In this document: positions 21,627 through 30,219 of the stretch, piece after piece
Layout of the letters: each line of letters starts with the position of its first letter
How positions within the stretch are numbered: position 1 is the stretch's first letter
Assembly: GCA_002811645.1 (NCBI GenBank)
Contig: PDIP01000105.1
Coordinates: forward strand, 62,303 to 126,000
Direction: 5' to 3'
From: Corallochytrium limacisporum Hawaii
Lineage: Eukaryota > Protista > Pluriformea
Length of the DNA: 63,698 bases
Notes under the pieces: generated by a model
Told to the model about the DNA's origin: nothing
The model's input: the letters and a program-made list of their open reading frames with translations, nothing else
The model's database searches: none
Made by a program: the position numbers and the translations under genes

Positions 21627-23351
21627 TTACAGGAAGTTTTCCACATTGAATTCCATACTGCTTACCACGTGTGACAGGTTGTATGCCTCCAAGACCTCTG
21701 GGTGCAGGACACCGAGCGATCCGACAACCTTACCATTGACGACAAGGTCGGCCTGTCGTCCCTCAAAATAAGTCGAGTGAGAAGAAGGACGATAGTGGTA
21801 TCCCTTCCCACTCTTCTTCTCGTCGTAGGGAACCTCCAGGAGTGCCATGAGGCGATCACAGAGACCATGGATAACCTCAAAATTGGACTTGGTGCCATAG
21901 ACTGCGGTACACAGGTTGCGCTGGTTGCGCGCACCAGTGTCGTTGCTTGAATCTTTAAGTACAACGTCACCGGCCTCAAAGATCTTCAAAGGCAGGGCCA
22001 GCCGCTTGTTGCTCACAATGGTCTTCAGAACACCAGGCAGCAGAGACGTGCGGGCGACCTGGAACTCTAGAGTCTTCGGGTTGGAAATCTTGATTGCAGA
22101 GCCGTCGTCGGCTTTGCGCAGATCCTTGAAGTTCTCATCAGTGGAGCACAAGGCAAAATTCAGTGCCTCAGTAAAACCGGCCATGGCAATGCTACCACGC
22201 AGCAAGTCACTGAGTTTGTTGATTGGATCCGGTGCCGAGGGATTGTTCGTCGCAGGAACCTGGACTGCAATGTTGTTATAGCCATAGGCAATACCAGCAT
22301 CCTCGACTACATCGACTGGGTGGAGGATGTCATCGCGCGTCGGGGTGATCCAGACGTCGAGCATGTCGCCTTTGGCTTCTGTGGGCAGACACATGCGTCC
22401 CAGTAGTTCTGCTAACTTCTCTGGCGATTCATTGATACCGATGCGTGTGTTCAGGTACGCAGCCTCCACCTCGAGATGTCGTCCGCTAAGATCGGGGCAC
22501 ATGAAGAAAGTTCCGTCTGGCTGAACTACCTTGCACTGCTCAATCTCAAAGGGTGTTGAGGCGTACTCGGCAAACATTGTGACCATGATGTTCATAACAG
22601 TCTGAGCCCGGGCCAAGTCCGTGGCTGTGATATCTATGAAGATATCCTTGGTATTCAAATTGATCTTGGAGTGATCACCGTTGATAATTGGAGGCATAGA
22701 GAGCACGACCCCATTGTTATCTGTAAACAGAGGGTAGACCTCCTTGTCCCGAATAATATCTAGGTAGAAACGAAGATGTCCCTCTTCAAACTCCTTCATC
22801 ATTTCCGGTGCAGTCATTTCCCGGGTGTCGTTCAGAGGAATGAACTTGATATCCTTCGGAGGCAGGGCCTTGTAGTGGAAGGGTGCTTGAATGTTGCTCA
22901 TATCGTGGGTACCAATGGCTACCAGGCTGCGCTTGCGAGCAATATTCTGATGAAGCTTATCCTGGAGGTCAATGAAGGATTTATACCTCCCTGGAGTGAA
23001 ATTCACGCCGCGAAGAACGGCACCGAGGCCATACGGGCGGACTTTCGCAGTGTCGGGGTGGATTCGCACTTCAATAGGATTGTCAACCTTGGCCATGGTG
23101 AACTTGGGGTATTTGGTGCGACCAAGGAACACATTCAGACCACGAGCAAGACCCTCCACACACAGCAAATCATATCTATTGGCAGGAATGTCGATCTTGT
23201 AAATAATCTTTCCGGCCTGTTCTTCCTTGCCCTCCTCCACATCGTCCAATTCAATGCCAAAGTCAAAGCAAAGCTGGTCAAACTCTTCTTCCGTGTATTT
23301 CTTCCCCAGGCGATCATAAAGATCGTCCCTTTCAACCGCGATGGTCGGCAT
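21627..23351 (-). CDS. FARSB: Phenylalanyl-tRNA synthetase beta subunit, cytosolic (574 aa)
   Basis: MPTIAV...FDQLCFDFGIELD...IDIPANRYDLLCVEG...KLHQNIARKRSLVAIGTHD...NPKTLEFQVARTSLLPG. ATG at 23351; the track start is TTG. Confidence 0.97.
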   Translation of the reverse strand: MPTIAVERDDLYDRLGKKYTEEEFDQLCFDFGIELDDVEEGKEEQAGKIIYKIDIPANRYDLLCVEGLARGLNVFLGRTKYPKFTMAKVDNPIEVRIHPDTAKVRPYGLGAVLRGVNFTPGRYKSFIDLQDKLHQNIARKRSLVAIGTHDMSNIQAPFHYKALPPKDIKFIPLNDTREMTAPEMMKEFEEGHLRFYLDIIRDKEVYPLFTDNNGVVLSMPPIINGDHSKINLNTKDIFIDITATDLARAQTVMNIMVTMFAEYASTPFEIEQCKVVQPDGTFFMCPDLSGRHLEVEAAYLNTRIGINESPEKLAELLGRMCLPTEAKGDMLDVWITPTRDDILHPVDVVEDAGIAYGYNNIAVQVPATNNPSAPDPINKLSDLLRGSIAMAGFTEALNFALCSTDENFKDLRKADDGSAIKISNPKTLEFQVARTSLLPGVLKTIVSNKRLALPLKIFEAGDVVLKDSSNDTGARNQRNLCTAVYGTKSNFEVIHGLCDRLMALLEVPYDEKKSGKGYHYRPSSHSTYFEGRQADLVVNGKVVGSLGVLHPEVLEAYNLSHVVSSMEFNVENFL

Positions 23352-24375
23352 GGTTGCGGCTATGGACGTCAATCAGGTGTATGTCCCGGTCCGAGCCCGT
23401 TTGTAAATGTCGAAGATACGCTGAAATCACAAGCTTGAGAATGCCATGAACAGCGTGGTTAGTTTTCTACCCTACCAGTAGCACTAAATATACACACTAG
23501 AATTCAAAACAATAGAGTCGGATCCCACCAGCCGTCAAGAAACATTGTGCAGAGAATGTTGGGTCCTCATGACCTCAGTGACAACTGATTGCAATAACCA
23601 AACAGTTACCCGTCCGTCTCTCTTGCCCTGATACTTCCGCCCATGGGCAAAACAGCCAGCCACTGGCCGAGATACCGACCGCCTTGGCCAAGCGCAGTAC
23701 CCCCCTGGGCACGTGCCTACAGAGCGCAGGCTCTGGGAGCAAAGCGAAAGGAAAGGAGGGCTTTGTTCCAAGACTGGGCGGTACGTACCTCGCACCGCCA
23801 ATGCAGTCAATGCACCAAACAAAACATCCGCCTTTCGGTGCTAACACTATGGCAAATTTGCTACGCACTTGGCTAGAAAGCACATTATTCGCCTTTCCTT
23901 AGTTTAGCTCGGCCCTACACTTTTTTTGCTGACTTTGCATACTTTCACTATGGCATGCGCAAGGGTAGCAAAAGCTGGCTCTCACACGGGCGGGCTGGTC
24001 CGAGAGAAGGGTCCAAGGCTCTGTCATGGAAAAGAATTCGGGAGGGCTGATGAGGGTCTCATCTGCGGCCCGTCGTGACGCACACCGCCCATTGGTGGCT
24101 GCGTAAGGTGCCGGAACGCGGGGCGTTTCGGGGAAGTAAAAGTCGCGTGGCACACACACGCAGAGGACAACAAAATTTGGCTTGCATTTCATGCTTTGGA
24201 ATTGTCTGGGATGGCAGCTACATAAGACCGCATAGGGATCAAGGAAGGACAGACGAGACCTGACATCTGTAGAGAATGTATTCCGCTTTCGATGGAATGT
24301 GACAGGAATGTGGACAGGAAAGACGAACATGCCATGTGAGGAATAGGGAACAGATAAAGTTTCTTCTTTGGAATC

Positions 24376-27300
24376 ATGACTACGAACCCAGGACAAGCCG
24401 CTGATGCGGCTTTGTGGAACTATCCGGCCTCGGAGAATGTGCCATGGATTGCTCACAAGTTCGGTGGCACCTCCATGAAGGGATGTGCCGGCATCTCTTC
24501 GGTTGCCGAAATCATCGTCAATGGGGACCAATACTTCAATGGCAGAACTGTGGCTGTGGTGAGTGCCATGGCTGGCGTCACCAATGCTCTGTACGCTGCA
24601 TGTGACGCTGCAGAAGCTCATGATAATGCATATGTCAAGATACTGGATGATGTGCTTGACATGCACGAGCAGACTCTTCTAGAGTTGTCTGAGACGACAA
24701 CATTAGAGGGTCCGTGGCTTGAGCTCTACAATACATTTACTGCTGAGATTGAGTCTGTAAAGGATGTTTTACGGGCGGGATACCTAACTCTGCACAGCCC
24801 TATGTTTCATCGCAACCTAGTTTATGGCCACGGAGAGCTATGGAGCAGTCGTATGCTCGTGGCCAAACTTCGTAGTATGGGCAAGAAGGCAGAATTCTGC
24901 GACGCGCGAGATGTGCTACGGGTCGTGGCATTGTCGGAGAAGGCGGCGCCGGTGGCCCCTCCGGTATCCTGGGACACTTCCAGTCAGCGGTGGAAGGACT
25001 ACTTGAGTCGGTTGAAAGCAACAGATGATGCAGAGGCATCAGCACCGATGCGTTTGACAGGTGGGCTGGTGAGCCAGTCCAAAATGGATCGAGATCAGGT
25101 AAAAGAGACCCAGTGGCCCATCATTATTGCTACGGGATTCATTGCCAGCGACGAGCATGGCAAGCCGACAACCCTTGGTAGGAACGGCAGCGACTACTCG
25201 GGTGCGATCTTTGCAGCCTTAGTTGATGCCCGCTTGTTGACAATTTGGACCGATGTTGACGGTGTATACAGTGCCGATCCACGAAAAGTCCCTGGTGCAC
25301 ACTTGATCAGTGAGTTGAGCTATGAGGAAGCCGTGGATATGAGCTTTTACGGAGCAAAGATCATCCATCCGAAGACAATGGCACCTGCTGTGCGCACAAA
25401 AATTCCAATCTGGATCCGAAACACATTTAATATTGTATGCCCGGGCACTCGGATCTCTCACGCAGACTCTATCTTGACCACTCGTAACGTTGTGAAGCGC
25501 ACATCTGGATCTACAAGAGAATCCTTTAACCTCGACCAGGTCCAGGGAGCCTTGGGATCCACGGATGACATTTTGGGACATCAACATGCACGGGAATTGA
25601 TCGCTGCTCAACTCGACAGCTCCTTGACAGGAATGGGCAATGCACGTGCTAATGGTAGACCCAACATAACCAGAGATGTGTCCCTCGTGAATATGGAGGA
25701 AGCCATGAAACGGGTGGAGTACGAGGCAGAGCTAAACAGCAATCGAGTAATCAAGGCTGTCGCATCGATTGAGAATGTTGCCCTCGTAAACATTACTTTC
25801 ATGCCATCTCTCCTCGGAGAAGAGGAAGAGTACCTTCCTTTGGCCACATCGAACCGCATTTTAGCCAAGCTGCAAGATGTGAATGTGAATGTCCTGATGA
25901 CCGCACAGGCCGCCCAGGACCGTCTCTTGACTCTCTGTGTTGGTGAGGAAAGCGGAGTTGTGACGCAGAAGGCCGTACGTGAGGAACTTGCCCGCCATGA
26001 ATCGCATTATGGTGGCGCGGCTGTGGAATACTTGACCGGTTACGCCATCGTCACAGCGGTTGGTGATGATATTAACAAAACTGCTGGTGTAGCCGCTCGG
26101 TTCTTTGAGGCTCTGCGTATGGCAAACATCAATTCTTTAGGCATCGCTCAGAATGGTGAGCGCATTATTAGTGTGCTCATGAAGAAGTCAGATGCTCAGG
26201 GGGCTGTAAGTGCAATTCACACCGCGTTCAAAGTACCTAGGAACATTGTGCGTTTAGGTATTTTTGGCGGCCGTCACTACCTTATGGAGTTCCTGCACAT
26301 TTTGCAGGTCAACCGTCACTTCCGCAAGATTGTCGGTGGCCGTGACATTGTCATTGCGGGCATGACAGACGGTGAGACCATGTGGACCGCTAAGGAGACG
26401 CGAGCGAGCTCCACTTCACGGTCATCGGGTACCAATTTCTTGGACAGCCCACGTATAAGTACGTCCACTCTCTTCGAAGAGTATCTCGCGGAGAATTATG
26501 AGGAGAGGCCGTACCAAGCCGAGGACTTTACGGAGCACGTGTGTGACGCATTTCGTGCACACGCATTCGGCCTCGTGGATTCGGGCACGGTGACCATTCC
26601 CGGACGATCCGATCGGCTCTACCGCACGTGGGCCGATGACTACGGTGCATTGATATGCAGTGTCAGTCCGGTAATTCTGCGCCTGTATGCCTCGGGATGC
26701 AAGGGCATTCGAAGGGCAAACATCGAGAATGCCTTGGGTGGCCGGAACATCCTGGGCTTGCTCGACCAGCTTCTAGTGGACGACATCCACGTCACTGAGC
26801 TGGCCATATGCCTTGGGGATCACTTCCTGACCGACCTCAAGCGATGGGCCGATGAATGCAACTCCTGTGCACGGTGCGCAAGAGCAGCACAGGTCGAAGG
26901 TAATGGTAGAGGGCGGAAGAAATCATTCCAAGCCGGCAACGACGACAGTGACGCATCCACAGACAGCGTCTACGACGCGGGCTGCAACTGTCTGAAACAA
27001 GCCTTCCACCTTCTCTTTACTTTCCACCGCGCAACGCGCCAGGCAGTGTTTCTGGCCAAGTGGGCCGGCATTACGAACAAACGAGACCGAGAAATCAATC
27101 GGCGGTATCCTGGCCACTCCAATCTATGGCTACAATGTCTGGAAGCCTGCCACTACGATGCACATTCACTGAGGACCATGCTGCACACTGATCCAGAATT
27201 TGCAGGTGCTATCGACGCCATTGACTTGTCCAGTGTTAACGTGGGCATCCGTTTCCACGTAAAAAGTGCGACGGTTATGGAGATTAGTACCACAAATGTC

Positions 27301-27543
27301 ACCACCACCCAGTCGGACAGGGGACCGAGCTCCATCATCGAGACCGGCACTGCTTCTCTTGTGCGTGACGAGGTCCAGTATTTCTTCCGGGACTTCTCCG
27401 ACAGTGACAATGCTCCTACTGGCTCTCTCACCATCCCCATGGACATGAACATCAACCACAGCTCAAAGGGCATGATTTCTGGCACGGCTCTGATCCTGGC
27501 CAACCTCATTCGTGACCAGGTCCCTGCGAGCGGGTTTCTGTAA
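24376..27543 (+). CDS. Aspartokinase + 2 ACT domains + degenerate homoserine-dehydrogenase-like domain (ThrA/MetL architecture, 1055 aa)
   Basis: HKFGGTS, VVSAM, TLGRNGSDYS, IWTDVDGVYSADPRKV, YGAKIIHPKT; ACT segment VTAVGD...GVAARFFEAL; C-terminal region keeps the HSDH layout without its motifs. Confidence 0.88.
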   Translation: MTTNPGQAADAALWNYPASENVPWIAHKFGGTSMKGCAGISSVAEIIVNGDQYFNGRTVAVVSAMAGVTNALYAACDAAEAHDNAYVKILDDVLDMHEQTLLELSETTTLEGPWLELYNTFTAEIESVKDVLRAGYLTLHSPMFHRNLVYGHGELWSSRMLVAKLRSMGKKAEFCDARDVLRVVALSEKAAPVAPPVSWDTSSQRWKDYLSRLKATDDAEASAPMRLTGGLVSQSKMDRDQVKETQWPIIIATGFIASDEHGKPTTLGRNGSDYSGAIFAALVDARLLTIWTDVDGVYSADPRKVPGAHLISELSYEEAVDMSFYGAKIIHPKTMAPAVRTKIPIWIRNTFNIVCPGTRISHADSILTTRNVVKRTSGSTRESFNLDQVQGALGSTDDILGHQHARELIAAQLDSSLTGMGNARANGRPNITRDVSLVNMEEAMKRVEYEAELNSNRVIKAVASIENVALVNITFMPSLLGEEEEYLPLATSNRILAKLQDVNVNVLMTAQAAQDRLLTLCVGEESGVVTQKAVREELARHESHYGGAAVEYLTGYAIVTAVGDDINKTAGVAARFFEALRMANINSLGIAQNGERIISVLMKKSDAQGAVSAIHTAFKVPRNIVRLGIFGGRHYLMEFLHILQVNRHFRKIVGGRDIVIAGMTDGETMWTAKETRASSTSRSSGTNFLDSPRISTSTLFEEYLAENYEERPYQAEDFTEHVCDAFRAHAFGLVDSGTVTIPGRSDRLYRTWADDYGALICSVSPVILRLYASGCKGIRRANIENALGGRNILGLLDQLLVDDIHVTELAICLGDHFLTDLKRWADECNSCARCARAAQVEGNGRGRKKSFQAGNDDSDASTDSVYDAGCNCLKQAFHLLFTFHRATRQAVFLAKWAGITNKRDREINRRYPGHSNLWLQCLEACHYDAHSLRTMLHTDPEFAGAIDAIDLSSVNVGIRFHVKSATVMEISTTNVTTTQSDRGPSSIIETGTASLVRDEVQYFFRDFSDSDNAPTGSLTIPMDMNINHSSKGMISGTALILANLIRDQVPASGFL

Positions 27544-27630
27544 CATAGTGCTTATAACACAACACAATACAAAACCTGAGGAGTCTGGTGTATTTAGCTG
27601 TCACGATTATGATGTTGGGATCTATGGCTG

Positions 27631-29754
27631 TCAATCTCCCGTGTGGGTAAAGGGGTTACACTGGCACAGCATAGCCAGAACGACGGTCGATGTCACGGCA
27701 CCAAATGTCAGACCGGACGTGAGTGCCATGCTCATGATAGTGCCTGCGATGTCTTTGTCTCGTGTTTGCACATGCAAAGGTGCGTAGATCATACACAAGC
27801 TTACCCAGTAACCGTTAGTCAAGCCCAGGATCAGCACAAAGAGTATTGGCCACAAGTCAGAGCCACCGAACGGGCTCGGCAGAGCAGAGGTGCGAACGTG
27901 ACAGAACATGAAGGCTGGAACGAGCAGGGTGCGCAATAATGCCATGAACGGTATGCCAGCCGGTCCGGGGAACCAGATGATACCGGAAATCACACGGCCC
28001 ATGTAGTCACCGAAGTTGAAACCGACAAAACAGTAAACAGGAATGAAGAGCAGGCTGTACATGTCCGGATGGTTGGGATCCTCGGGGATGTGAGCCGAAA
28101 TCACCAAGGCCGCGATGGCAGGAAAGACAGCCAGTGTGACCGAGAAGATCCAAAATACGCTAAAGACAAGGTGCCAGATTTTCTTAAAGACCTCGACATA
28201 GCGCCTCAGGGGAATCTTGTGTGCCAGCGCAGGGTCACTGTTGCTAAGGCTCCCCTCGGAAAGGCGGTGGTACAAACCACTGTTCCGACGTCCGTGGTGG
28301 GCATGATGATGGGTCTTGTGCATGAATAAAACATGACCTTCCATGAGGGGAAGCTGCAGAAGCATACTGTAGCTAATGACACACAGTCCTGTGATAATGC
28401 CACTCACAATGAAGTAGAAGAAGGCACCATCTTGCTCGCTCTCTCCAAGGCTGATGCTTAAAACTTGCAATATGGCAACGGCCAGGCCTCCCAGGCCTTG
28501 CCCAGACATCAGGCCCTGTGTGTAACGTGGCTGCATGTGTGACACAAGCGCAAACAGTCCCATCATTAACATTGCCGCCACACACCCACTGATCCCCACG
28601 CAAACAACAGAACTATAGTACAAAAATGCCGGTGCTACGGGGAAGCGGACAAGAATGGCTGTGTACAGAAGAATCACGAACTGCAAGGCCAGTGGGATCT
28701 TGATAAACAATTTCGAGTCGAATTTTCGCCCGCTGTAGATCAGGTATCCCATTAACAGAAAGTTCAGCATTTGATAGCTCACGCTGAAGGTGCTCTCAAA
28801 CGTGTTTTCGTAGGGCGTGCCGGCAAGCCGTAGTCTGTAGAAATCCGCAGCTGTAATGAACATGTTCCAAGGCAGCAACATTCCCAAACCCAATAAGGAA
28901 AAAACAATGTAACCAAAATTCCAGTTGTCTTCAGCCTCCACGATCAAGGATGTCCGATGGTGTGGGATGTGGTGACCTTCATCGTGATCATGGCGGGGAT
29001 AGTTCGCACTTTCGTCAAATGTCACTGAGGTTCCTCTAAGCAGGCGGGTTCTCCTTTCTTGGATTTCGCCTTCCTCACCCTCAATCAGATCTTCTTCAGA
29101 CATATGCCCGGGGTACGCCCCGTGCATTTCAATGCGCTCTGCTTCCTCAATTTCTGCTGGACTCAATTCTGTTTCAGACTGCCCGGTGACTTCCGCGATC
29201 AGGGTACTCTCGTCGTCATCGCTCTCTTCTTCCAAACCGTAAGTATATGCAGGTCCTTCCACAACAGTAGACTCTTTCGTCACGTATTCATCCACACCAT
29301 CCATATCAGCTGCAGTCGCGTCAAAACTAAAGTATCTGTGCAGCCTAGGATGAATATAGATGAAACCTTCATTGTTGTGTGGAGCGCTCGACGCTACGGT
29401 CTGGTTAAGGTTTAGAGGTGCGACAAGGAGCGGCGCAGATTCATCACCAAGTGTATAGCTACGATTCAGGGACTGCCCGGAGACTCTCACCCGAGTGGAA
29501 GAAGGCGGTCTTAGCCGGCTGTCAGAGTCGGTGTCTTCACTCTCTGTTCCTTGCGCTAAGCGCGCTCTGCTGATACTAATCTTCCGTGGGGCCCACCTGG
29601 CACCACCGCTCCTAGGTCTTCTAATGTTTCCAGTGTGGCCATGATAACTATCATGCCCTTGGGATTCTCGGGGACTGGGCCTCGATGAAGACCGTGGAAC
29701 ATGTTCGGATACAGACCGCGCTAATCCTGACCGTTGATCTGAAACACCGGGCAT
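27631..29754 (-). CDS. Equilibrative nucleoside transporter (SLC29/ENT/FUN26) with long N-terminal extension (707 aa)
   Basis: LGLGMLLPWNMFITA, GQGLGG, VTLAVFP, FNFGDYMGR, LGLTNGY; about 11 TM helices. Confidence 0.93.
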   Translation of the reverse strand: MPGVSDQRSGLARSVSEHVPRSSSRPSPRESQGHDSYHGHTGNIRRPRSGGARWAPRKISISRARLAQGTESEDTDSDSRLRPPSSTRVRVSGQSLNRSYTLGDESAPLLVAPLNLNQTVASSAPHNNEGFIYIHPRLHRYFSFDATAADMDGVDEYVTKESTVVEGPAYTYGLEEESDDDESTLIAEVTGQSETELSPAEIEEAERIEMHGAYPGHMSEEDLIEGEEGEIQERRTRLLRGTSVTFDESANYPRHDHDEGHHIPHHRTSLIVEAEDNWNFGYIVFSLLGLGMLLPWNMFITAADFYRLRLAGTPYENTFESTFSVSYQMLNFLLMGYLIYSGRKFDSKLFIKIPLALQFVILLYTAILVRFPVAPAFLYYSSVVCVGISGCVAAMLMMGLFALVSHMQPRYTQGLMSGQGLGGLAVAILQVLSISLGESEQDGAFFYFIVSGIITGLCVISYSMLLQLPLMEGHVLFMHKTHHHAHHGRRNSGLYHRLSEGSLSNSDPALAHKIPLRRYVEVFKKIWHLVFSVFWIFSVTLAVFPAIAALVISAHIPEDPNHPDMYSLLFIPVYCFVGFNFGDYMGRVISGIIWFPGPAGIPFMALLRTLLVPAFMFCHVRTSALPSPFGGSDLWPILFVLILGLTNGYWVSLCMIYAPLHVQTRDKDIAGTIMSMALTSGLTFGAVTSTVVLAMLCQCNPFTHTGD

Positions 29755-30219
29755 TTCCGACGAAACTAATCTGTCGTCATGGTGCTGTTTTCTACGTCCT
29801 TACAAAACTACCAACGACACACTCGCATCTGTAGCATAGTGGTTGCGTGAGATGCACTCGAACTGTTCATCAAAGGGTTCTACACACCACTAAAGTACCC
29901 CTTTGTGCTCTGTACGACGGGTAGGTCAGTTGCCCTCCTCCCCCTCCTCCCCAAGGGGGAAGGGGGGCGGGCGGCTGTGAAAGGAGTAACACTGGGGCTG
30001 AACACCAAGGCTTTTGTGGGACGCGGGAAAGGCAGGGGAGGGGAAATAAAATATCCCCCTTCGCTCCCGCCGGGGGGGGGGGCCGGCAAAAAAGGTGGAA
30101 ATCACAAGAGCTCTGAAAGGTGCCCTACGTAGACGGTCCCTTCCAAGGTTTGACCATGAAGTTTCAGCCGATTGTATTACACTATCATATCTCTTTGTTA
30201 CATAGGTGTCTTGATAGTT

